64,000 nt of DNA from Laetmonice hystrix (Eukaryota), in assembly GCA_965235115.1 (NCBI GenBank), contig OZ249436.1:24988001-25052000 (forward strand), written 5' to 3'. The first letter of the stretch is position 1. Each line of letters starts with the position of its first letter. Below, one piece after another: positions 52,801 through 64,000 of this stretch. The translations under genes were made by a program, and so were the position numbers. The notes under the pieces are model-generated. The model was not told the DNA's origin. It worked only from the letters and a program-made list of their open reading frames with translations, and ran no database searches.

Positions 52801-55800
52801 ATCCCTGTCCGCTTAGTAGCACCCAGCCGGGCCCCCATTTTGACATTGCAACACCAATACAGCAAGTGCCCAGCTAACAGCACAAATAACAGGATTCAGG
52901 GCTTCCTACCACGTTACAAGTCACAATAGATTGCTGCCTGTCGTAAAAATATACCAGACCATTTTAAAAAGTCACAGAACCCCAATCCGGCCCTAATATG
53001 TCACTCCCAGTACCAATAGACGCTGGAAGCACCATCAACTGAAATTCAGGCCTAGAACCCACCTCTCTCTACCAATATCATGCACCTAGTCCGTATACGA
53101 GGTTGTAATTTACTTTAATCAACGGGCTGCGCCGCAGCAACCCACTCTGGTCTTTGCAATCTTTTTCAATATGCGTTAACATTTGTGACCAGCTCAACGC
53201 GCCTTGTAAAATTTTTCAAAGTGCGTAAAAGTGTGTGTCCACCCCGACACGCTTTCCAAACCACTATACCCACCGAGCGACATCCACTCAAATACAGGCT
53301 TCGACCGATCCTCACTGTGCCAATAATCCGCCACAAGGCAAATTCAGTCAATGCAAGCTGGAAAATCGAATGTCAAACCTAATGCTCCCCCCCCCAGCAC
53401 GTTAACTGAAAAAAATCAACTAGCTTGAAAACTAGAATATAGCTTTGTTTAGCTAACAATCTACTCTCCCAGCGCCATCAACTCGCATACAGGCGTAAAA
53501 GCAAACGCACTGCCCCATATAATGCTCCCAGCCTAAGACGATGTTGCAATTAATTTAAGATTAACAAGATGCACTAGTAATCCGATCCAAGCCTAATTAC
53601 GTCATTGCTAGTTTCATAACCAAATCTCACAGAAAATACCCCACCCGCGCACATAACCTGAAAATATTTAACTTTTATCTCCAATGTATCCCTGTGCACC
53701 TAGTAGCACACAAGCGGGCCCAATTTTGACATCCCAACACAAATACCGCAAATACCCGCCTAATGGCACAAAAAACTTTCTACCCCGTTGCAAGTCACAT
53801 TAGCGTGCTGCTTGTCGTAAAAAATGGTGCAGACCATTTCTAAAGTCACAGTACCCCACTCCCGGCCTAATATTACGTTTCAGTATCCATATACGCTGCA
53901 AGCGGCAGGAACTCGAATACAGGCCTAAAAGTAACCTCAGTCTAGCAATATCATACTCCCATGCCATATACGAGCTTGTAATTATCTTTAATTAATGGGC
54001 TCCGCAGCACCAACCCACTGCATTAACATTTGTTTAACAGCTTAACGCACCTTGTAAAATTTTTTCAAGTGCGTAAAAATGCGTGTCCACCTCCACATAC
54101 TTTAAAAATCACTATACCCACCCAGCGACATCCACTCTAATACACGCCTAAAAGGAACTTCACTGTCCCATTTGATTCTCCAGCACGTATAGGATGTTTC
54201 AAGTAACATTCATCCACGGTCTGGCCCAATAACGTGCAGCAAGGCATAGTAAGTCAATGCGAGCTCGCATGTCAAACCTAACCCGCCCCCAAGCACATGA
54301 GCTGAAAATATTCAAATAGCTTGAAAACTAGAATATAGCTTTGCTTAATACCATTATACCATCAACTCGCATTACAGGCCTAATGCGAAGCTCCCAGCCT
54401 AAAACGAGTTTCCAATTAATTTAAAGTTAACAAGATGCACTAATAATCGATTCCAAGCCTAATTAGGCCATTGCTAGTTGGATAACCAAATCTCATACAA
54501 AATACACCCTCCCGGCAGATGACCTGAGAATATTCAACTCTTATGTCCGATATATCCCTGTCCGCTTAGTAGCACCCAGCCGGGCCCCCATTTTGACATT
54601 GCAACACCAATACAGCAAGTGCCCAGCTAACAGCACAAATAACAGGATTCAGGGCTTCCTACCACGTTACAAGTCACAATAGATTGCTGCCTGTCGTAAA
54701 AATATACCAGACCATTTTAAAAAGTCACAGAACCCCAATCCGGCCCTAATATGTCACTCCCAGTACCAATACACGCTGGAAGCACCATCAACTGAAATTC
54801 AGGCCTAGAACCCACCTCTCTCTACCAATATCATGCACCTAGTCCGTATACGAGGTTGTAATTTACTTTAATCAACGGGCTGCGCCGCAGCAACCCACTC
54901 TGGTCTTTGCAATCTTTTTCAATATGCGTTAACATTTGTGACCAGCTCAACGCGCCTTGTAAAATTTTTCAAAGTGCGTAAAAGTGTGTGTCCACCCCGA
55001 CACGCTTTCCAAACCACTATACCCACCGAGCGACATCCACTCAAATACAGGCTTCGACCGATCCTCACTGTGCCAATAATCCGCCACAAGGCAAATTCAG
55101 TCAATGCAAGCTGGAAAATCGAATGTCAAACCTAATGCTCCCCCCCCAGCACGTTAACTGAAAAAAATCAACTAGCTTGAAAACTAGAATATAGCTTTGT
55201 TTAGCTAACAATCTACTCTCCCAGCGCCATCAACTCGCATACAGGCGTAAAAGCAAACGCACTGCCCCATATAATGCTCCCAGCCTAAGACGATGTTGCA
55301 ATTAATTTAAGATTAACAAGATGCACTAGTAATCCGATCCAAGCCTAATTACGTCATTGCTAGTTTCATAACCAAATCTCACAGAAAATACCCCACCCGC
55401 GCACATAACCTGAAAATATTCAACTTTTATCTCCAATGTATCCCTGTGCACCTAGTAGCACCCAAGCGGGCCCAATTTTGACATTCCAACACAAATACCG
55501 CAAATACCCGCCTAATGGCACAAAAAAACTTTCTACCCCGTTGCAAGTCACATTAGCTTGCTGCTTGTCGTAAAAAATGGTGCAGACCATTTCTAAAGTC
55601 ACAGTACCCCACTCCCGGCCTAATATTACGTTTCAGTATCCATATACGCTGCAAGCGGCAAGAACTCGAATACAGGCCTAAAAGTAACCCCAGTCTAGCA
55701 ATATCATACTCTCATGCCATATACGAGCTTGTAATTATCTTTAATTAATGGGCTCCGCAGCACCAACCCACTGCATTAACATTTGTTTAACAGCTTGACG

Positions 55801-58800
55801 CACCTTGTAAAAAATTTTCAAGTGCGTAAAAATGCGTGTCCACCTCCACATACTTTAAAAATCACTATACCCACCCAGCGACATTCACTCTAATACACGC
55901 CTAAGAGGAACTTCACTGTCCCATTTGATTCTCCAGCACGTATAGGATGTTTCAAGTAACATTCATCCACGGTCTGGCCCAATAACGTGCAACAAGGCAT
56001 AGTAAGTCAATGCGAGCTCGCATGTCAAACCTAACCCGCCCCCCAGCACATGAGCTGAAAATATTCAAATAGCTTGAAAACTAGAATATAGCTTTGCTTA
56101 ATACCATTATACCATCAACTCGCATTACAGGCCTAATGCGAAGCTCCCAGCCTAAAACGAGTTTCCAATTAATTTAAAGTTAACAAGATGCACTAATAAT
56201 CGATTCCAAGCCTAATTAGGCCATTGCTAGTTGGATAACCAAATCTCATACAAAATACACCCTCCCGGCAGATGACCTGAGAATATTCAACTCTTATGTC
56301 CGATATATCCCTGTCCGCTTTGTAGCACCCAGCCGGGCCCCCATTTTGACATTGCAACACCAATACAGCAAGTGCCCAGCTAACAGCACAAATAACAGGA
56401 TTCAGGGCTTCCTACCACGTTACAAGTCACAATAGATTGCTGCCTGTCGTAAAAATATACCAGACCATTTTAAAAAGTCACAGAACCCCAATCCGGCCCT
56501 AATATGTCACTCCCAGTACCAATACACTCTGGAAGCACCATCAACTGAAATTCAGGCCTAGAACCCACCTCTCTCTACCAATATCATGCACCTAGTCCGT
56601 ATACGAGGTTGTAATTTACTTTAATCAACGGGCTGCGCCGCAGCAACCCACTCTGGTCTTTGCAATCTTTTTCAATATGCGTTAACATTTGTAACCAGCT
56701 CAACGCGCCTTGTAAAATTTTTCAAAGTGCGTAAAAGTGTGTGTCCACCCCGACACGCTTTCCAAACCACTATACCCACCGAGCGACATCCACTCAAATA
56801 CAGGCTTCGACCGATCCTCACTGTGCCAATAATCCGCCACAAGGCAAATTCAGTCAATGCAAGCTGGAAAATCGAATGTCAAACCTAATACTCCCCCCCC
56901 CCCCAGCACGTTAACTGAAAATAATCAACTAGCTTGAAAACTAGAATATAGCTTTGTTTAGCTAACAATCTACTCTCCCAGCGCCATCAACTCGCATACA
57001 GGCGTAAAAGCAAACGCACTGCCCCATATAATGCTCCCAGCCTAAAACGATGTTGCAATTAATTTAAAATTAACAAGATGCACTAGTAATCCGATCCAAG
57101 CTTAATTACGTCATTGCTAGTTTCATAACCAAATCTCACAGAAAATACCCCACCCGCGCACATAACCTGAAAATATTCAACTTTTATCTCCAATGTATCC
57201 CTGTGCACCTAGTAGCACCCAAGCGGGCCCAATTTTGACATCCCAACACAAATACCGCAAATACCCGCCTAATGGCACAAAAAACTTTCTACCCCGTTGC
57301 AAGTCACATTAGCGTGCTGCTTGTCGTAAAAAATGGTGCAGACCATTTCTAAAGTCACAGTACCCCACTCCCGGCCTAATATTACGTTTCAGTATCCATA
57401 TACGCTGCAAGCGGCAGGAACTCGAATACAGGCCTAAAAGTAACCTCAGTCTAGCAATATCATACTCCCATGCCATATACGAGCTTGTAATTATCTTTAA
57501 TTAATGGGCTCCGCAGCACCAACCCACTGCATTAACATTTGTTTAACAGCTTAACACACCTTGTAAAATTTTTTCAAGAGCGTAAAAATGCGTGTCCACC
57601 TCCACATACTTTAAAAATCACTATACCCACCCAGCGACATCCACTCTAATACACGCCTAAAAGGAACTTCACTGTCCCATTTGATTCTCCAGCACGTATA
57701 GGATGTTTCAAGTAACATTCATCCACGGTCTGGCCCAATAACGTGCAACAAGGCATAGTAAGTCAATGCGAGCTCGCATGTCAAACCTAACCCGCCCCCA
57801 AGCACATGAGCTGAAAATATTCAAATAGCTTGAAAACTAGAATATAGCTTTGCTTAATACCATTATACCATCAACTCGCATTACAGGCCTAATGCGAAGC
57901 TCCCAGCCTAAAACGAGTTTCCAATTAATTTAAAGTTAACAAGATGCACTAATAATCGATTCCAAGCCTAATTAGGCCATTGCTAGTTGGATAACCAAAT
58001 CTCATACAAAATACACCCTCCCGGCAGATGACCTGAGAATATTCAACTCTTATGTCCGATATATCCCTGTCCGCTTAGTAGCACCCAGCCGGGCCCCCAT
58101 TTTGACATTGCAACACCAATACAGCAAGTGCCCAGCTAACAGCACAAATAACAGGATTCAGGGCTTCCTACCACGTTACAAGTCACAATAGATTGCTGCC
58201 TGTCGTAAAAATATACCAGACCATTTTAAAAAGTCACAGAACCCCAATCCGGCCCTAATATGTCACTCCCAGTACCAATAGACGCTGGAAGCACCATCAA
58301 CTGAAATTCAGGCCTAGAACCCACCTCTCTCTACCAATATCATGCACCTAGTCCGTATACGAGGTTGTAATTTCCTTTAATCAACGGGCTGCGCCGCAGC
58401 AACCCACTCTGGTCTTTGCAATCTTTTTCAATATGCGTTAACATTTGTGACCAGCTCAACGCGCCTTGTAAAATTTTTCAAAGTGCGTAAAAGTGTGTGT
58501 CCACCCCGACACGCTTTCCAAACCACTATACCCACCGAGCGACATCCACTCAAATACAGGCTTCGACCGATCCTCACTGTGCCAATAATCCGCCACAAGG
58601 CAAATTCAGTCAATGCAAGCTGGAAAATCGAATGTCAAACCTAATGCTCCCCCCCCAGCACGTTAACTGAAAAAAATCAACTAGCTTGAAAACTAGAATA
58701 TAGCTTTGTTTAGCTAACAATCTACTCTCCCAGCGCCATCAACTCGCATACAGGCGTAAAAGCAAACGCACTGCCCCATATAATGCTCCCAGCATAAAAC

Positions 58801-61800
58801 GATGTTGCAATTAATTTAAAATTAACAAGATGCACTAGTAATCCGATCCAAGCTTAATTACGTCATTGCTAGTTTCATAACCAAATCTCACAGAAAATAC
58901 CCCACCCGGGCACATAACCTGAAAATATTCAACTTTTATCTCCAATGTATCCCTGTGCACCTAGTAGCACCCAAGCGGGCCCAATTTTGACATTCCAACA
59001 CAAATACCGCAAATACCCGCCTAATGGCACAAAAAACTTTCTACCCCGTTGCAAGTCACATTAGCTTGCTGCTTGTCGTAAAAAATGGTGCAGACCATTT
59101 CTAAAGTCACAGTACCCCACTCCCGGCCTAATATTACGTTTCAGTATCCATATACGCTGCAAGCGGCAGGAACTCGAATACAGGCCTAAAAGTAACCTCA
59201 GTCTAGCAATATCATACTCCCATGCCATATACGAGCTTGTAATTATCTTTAATTAATGGGCTCCGCAGCACCAACCCACTGCATTAACATTTGTTTAACA
59301 GCTTAACACACCTTGTAAAATTTTTTCAAGAGCGTAAAAATGCGTGTCCACCTCCACATACTTTAAAAATCACTATACCCACCCAGCGACATCCACTCTA
59401 ATACACGCCTAAAAGGAACTTCACTGTCCCATTTGATTCTCCAGCACGTATAGGATGTTTCAAGTAACATTCATCCACGGTCTGGCCCAATAACGTGCAA
59501 CAAGGCATAGTAAGTCAATGCGAGCTCGCATGTCAAACCTAACCCGCCCCCAAGCACATGAGCTGAAAATATTCAAATAGCTTGAAAACTAGAATATAGC
59601 TTTGCTTAATACCATTATACCATCAACTCGCATTACAGGCCTAATGCGAAGCTCCCAGCCTAAAACGAGTTTCCAATTAATTTAAAGTTAACAAGATGCA
59701 CTAATAATCGATTCCAAGCCTAATTAGGCCATTGCTAGTTGGATAACCAAATCTCATACAAAATACACCCTCCCGGCAGATGACCTGAGAATATTCAACT
59801 CTTATGTCCGATATATCCCTGTCCGCTTAGTAGCACCCAGCCGGGCCCCCATTTTGACATTGCAACACCAATACAGCAAGTGCCCAGCTAACAGCACAAA
59901 TAACAGGATTCAGGGCTTCCTACCACGTTACAAGTCACAATAGATTGCTGCCTGTCGTAAAAATATACCAGACCATTTTAAAAAGTCACAGAACCCCAAT
60001 CCGGCCCTAATATGTCACTCCCAGTACCAATAGACGCTGGAAGCACCATCAACTGAAATTCAGGCCTAGAACCCACCTCTCTCTACCAATATCATGCACC
60101 TAGTCCGTATACGAGGTTGTAATTTCCTTTAATCAACGGGCTGCGCCGCAGCAACCCACTCTGGTCTTTGCAATCTTTTTCAATATGCGTTAACATTTGT
60201 GACCAGCTCAACGCGCCTTGTAAAATTTTTCAAAGTGCGTAAAAGTGTGTGTCCACCCCGACACGCTTTCCAAACCACTATACCCACCGAGCGACATCCA
60301 CTCAAATACAGGCTTCGACCGATCCTCACTGTGCCAATAATCCGCCACAAGGCAAATTCAGTCAATGCAAGCTGGAAAATCGAATGTCAAACCTAATGCT
60401 CCCCCCCCAGCACGTTAACTGAAAAAAATCAACTAGCTTGAAAACTAGAATATAGCTTTGTTTAGCTAACAATCTACTCTCCCAGCGCCATCAACTCGCA
60501 TACAGGCGTAAAAGCAAACGCACTGCCCCATATAATGCTCCCAGCCTAAAACGATGTTGCAATTAATTTAAAATTAACAAGATGCACTAGTAATCCGATC
60601 CAAGCTTAATTACGTCATTGCTAGTTTCATAACCAAATCTCACAGAAAATACCCCACCCGGGCACATAACCTGAAAATATTCAACTTTTATCTCCAATGT
60701 ATCCCTGTGCACCTAGTAGCACCCAAGCGGGCCCAATTTTGACATTCTAACACAAATACCGCAAATACCCGCCTAATGGCACAAAAAACTTTCTACCCCG
60801 TTGCAAGTCACATTAGCTTGCTGCTTGTCGTAAAAAATGGTGCAGACCATTTCTAAAGTCACAGTACCCCACTCCCGGCCTAATATTACGTTTCAGTATC
60901 CATATACGCTGCAAGCGGCAGGAACTCGAATACAGGCCTAAAAGTAACCCCAGTCTAGCAATATCATACTCTCATGCCATATACGAGCTTGTAATTATCT
61001 TTAATTAATGGGCTCCGCAGCACCAACCCACTGCATTAACATTTGTTTAACAGCTTAACGCACCTTGTAAAAAAATTTTCAAGTGCGTAAAAATGCGTGT
61101 CCACCTCCACATACTTTAAAAATCACTATACCCACCCAGCGACATTCACTCTAATACACGCCTAAGAGGAACTTCACTGTCCCATTTGATTCTCCAGCAC
61201 GTATAGGATGTTTCAAGTAACATTTATCCACGGTCTGGCCCAATAACGTGCAACAAGGCATAGTAAGTCAATGCGAGCTCGCATGTCAAACCTAACCCGC
61301 CCCCCAGCACATGAGCTGAAAATATTCAAATAGCTTGAAAACTAGAATATAGCTTTGCTTAATACCATTATACCATCAACTCGCATTACAGGCCTAATGC
61401 GAAGCTCCCAGCCTAAAACGAGTTTCCAATTAATTTAAAGTTAACAAGATGCACTAATAATCGATTCCAAGCCTAATTAGGCCATTGCTAGTTGGATAAC
61501 CAAATCTCATACAAAATACACCCTCCCGGCAGATGACCTGAGAATATTCAACTCTTATGTCCGATATATCCCTGTCCGCTTTGTAGCACCCAGCCGGGCC
61601 CCCATTTTGACATTGCAACACCAATACAGCAAGTGCCCAGCTAACAGCACAAATAACAGGATTCAGGGCTTCCTACCACGTTACAAGTCACAATAGATTG
61701 CTGCCTGTCGTAAAAATATACCAGACCATTTTAAAAAGTCACAGAACCCCAATCCGGCCCTAATATGTCACTCCCAGTACCAATACACGCTGGAAGCACC

Positions 61801-64000
61801 ATCAACTGAAATTCAGGCCTAGAACCCACCTCTCTCTACCAATATCATGCACCTAGTCCGTATACGAGGTTGTAATTTACTTTAATCAACGGGCTGCGCC
61901 GCAGCAACCCACTCTGGTCTTTGCAATCTTTTTCAATATGCGTTAACATTTGTAACCAGCTCAACGCGCCTTGTAAAATTTTTCAAAGTGCGTAAAAGTG
62001 TGTGTCCACCCCGACACGCTTTCCAAACCACTATACCCACCGAGCGACATCCACTCAAATACAGGCTTCGACCGATCCTCACTGTGCCAATAATCCGCCA
62101 CAAGGCAAATTCAGTCAATGCAAGCTGGAAAATCGAATGTCAAACCTAATGCTCCCCCCCCCCCCAGCACGTTAACTGAAAATAATCAACTAGCTTGAAA
62201 ACTAGAATATAGCTTTGTTAAGCTAACAATCTACTCTCCCAGCGCCATCAACTCGCATACAGGCGTAAAAGCAAACGCACTGCCCCATATAATGCTTCCA
62301 GCCTAAAACGATGTTGCAATTAATTTAAAATTAACAAGATGCACTAGTAATCCGATCCAAGCCTAATTACGTCATTGCTAGTTTCATAACCAAATCTCAC
62401 AGAAAATACCCCACCCGCGCACATAACCTGAAAATATTCAACTTTTATCTCCAATGTATCCCTGTGCACCTAGTAGCACCCAAGCGGGCCCAATTTTGAC
62501 ATTCCAACACAAATACCGCAAATACCCGCCTAATGGCACAAAAAACTTTCTACCCCGTTGCAAGTCACATTAGCTTGCTGCTTGTCGTAAAAAATGGTGC
62601 AGACCATTTCTAAAGTCACAGTACCCCACTCCCGGCCTAATATTACGTTTCAGTATCCATATACGCTGCAAGCGGCAGGAACTCGAATACAGGCCTAAAA
62701 GTAACCCCAGTCTAGCAATATCATACTCTCATGCCATATACGAGCTTGTAATTATCTTTAATTAATGGGCTCCGCAGCACCAACCCACTGCATTAACATT
62801 TGTTTAACAGCTTAACGCACCTTGTAAAAAATTTTCAAGTGCGTAAAAATGCGTGTCCACCTCCACATACTTTAAAAATCACTATACCCACCCAGCGACA
62901 TTCACTCTAATACACGCCTAAGAGGAACTTCACTGTCCCATTTGATTCTCCAGCACGTATAGGATGTTTCAAGTAACATTTATCCACGGTCTGGCCCAAT
63001 AACGTGCAACAAGGCATAGTAAGTCAATGCGACCTCGCATGTCAAACCTAACCCGCCCCCCAGCACATGAGCTGGAGATATTCAAATAGCTTGAAAACTA
63101 GAATATAGCTTTGCTTAATACCATTATACCATCAACTCGCATTACAGGCCTAATGCGAAGCTCCCAGCCTAAAACGAGTTTCCAATTAATTTAAAGTTAA
63201 CAAGATGCACTAATAATCGATTCCAAGCCTAATTAGGCCATTGCTAGTTGGATAACCAAATCTCATACAAAATACACCCTCCCGGCAGATGACCTGAGAA
63301 TATTCAACTCTTATGTCCGATATATCCCTGTCCGCTTAGTAGCACCCAGCCGGGCCCCCATTTTGACATTGCAACACCAATACAGCAAGTGCCCAGCTAA
63401 CAGCACAAATAACAGGATTCAGGGCTTCCTACCACGTTACAAGTCACAATAGATTGCTGCCTGTCGTAAAAATATACCAGACCATTTTAAAAAGTCACAG
63501 AACCCCAATCCGGCCCTAATATGTCACTCCCAGTACCAATACACGCTGGAAGCACCATCAACTGAAATTCAGGCCTAGAACCCACCTCTCTCTACCAATA
63601 TCATGCACCTAGTCCGTATACGAGGTTGTAATTTACTTTAATCAACGGGCTGCGCCGCAGCAACCCACTCTGGTCTTTGCAATCTTTTTCAATATGCGTT
63701 AACATTTGTGACCAGCTCAACGCGCCTTGTAAAATTTTTCAAAGTGCGTAAAAGTGTGTGTCCACCCCGACACGCTTTCCAAACCACTATACCCACCGAG
63801 CGACATCCACTCAAATACAGGCTTCGACCGATCCTCACTGTGCCAATAATCCGCCACAAGGCAAATTCAGTCAATGCAAGCTGGAAAATCGAATGTCAAA
63901 CCTAATGCTCCCCCCCCCAGCACGTTAACTGAAAATAATCAACTAGCTTGAAAACTAGAATATAGCTTTGTTAAGCTAACAATCTACTCTCCCAGCGCCA

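Larger units (their letters stand above)
1..64000 (+). repeat. Tandem macrosatellite array, ~1754-bp unit, ~36.5 head-to-tail copies, extending beyond both window edges
   Basis: The anchor TACAGGCCTAATGCGAAGCTCC starts units at 1, 1754, 3508, 5262, 7016, 8770, 10523, 12276, 14029, 15785, 17538, 19291, 21045, 22799, 24554, 26309, 28064, 29817, 31570, 33327, 35080, 36834, 38588, 40341, 42095, 43850, 45603, 47358, 49112, 50866, 52620, 54373, 56126, 57882, 59634, 61387 and 63143 (several read directly, the rest from the ORF-track offset). The same 61-aa spurious ORF recurs every ~1754 bp. No inversion or foreign insertion seen. Confidence 0.99.

Noticed and set aside
1..64000. Rolling-circle/MDA concatemer of a 1.75-kb plasmid, virus or viroid-like circle
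   Set aside because: No Rep or other ORF is present. Variants form recurrent multi-site haplotypes in ordered higher-order patterns rather than identical copies with random errors.

Overview
The whole 64-kb window is one uninterrupted head-to-tail tandem array (macrosatellite) of about 36.5 copies of a 1752-1757 bp unit (mean about 1754 bp). All units are in the same orientation and differ at only a few dozen recurrent sites. I find no credible protein-coding gene, rRNA, tRNA, CRISPR array or transposon; every ORF in the track is a by-product of the repeat. The interest is in the nested architecture. (1) A degenerate motif with ~59-bp spacing sits inside (2) ~200-250-bp internally homologous blocks, which build (3) two diverged ~870-bp subunits, A (1-867) and B (868-1753), which form (4) the 1754-bp A+B unit. 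(5) Diagnostic SNP haplotypes order the units into higher-order repeats: a 7-unit 12.3-kb HOR x2, a 4-unit 7.0-kb HOR x2 and a 2-unit 3.5-kb HOR x3, plus chimeric units that record individual unequal exchanges. Haplotype order read by eye (U1-U37): a b c d c e f | a b c d c e g | g c e g g* d c d c d c e f/a b c/b c/b c' e f a/f a b' (partial). The organisation resembles eukaryotic centromeric, pericentromeric or subtelomeric satellite DNA. I do not recognise the family and cannot determine organism or function from the sequence alone.
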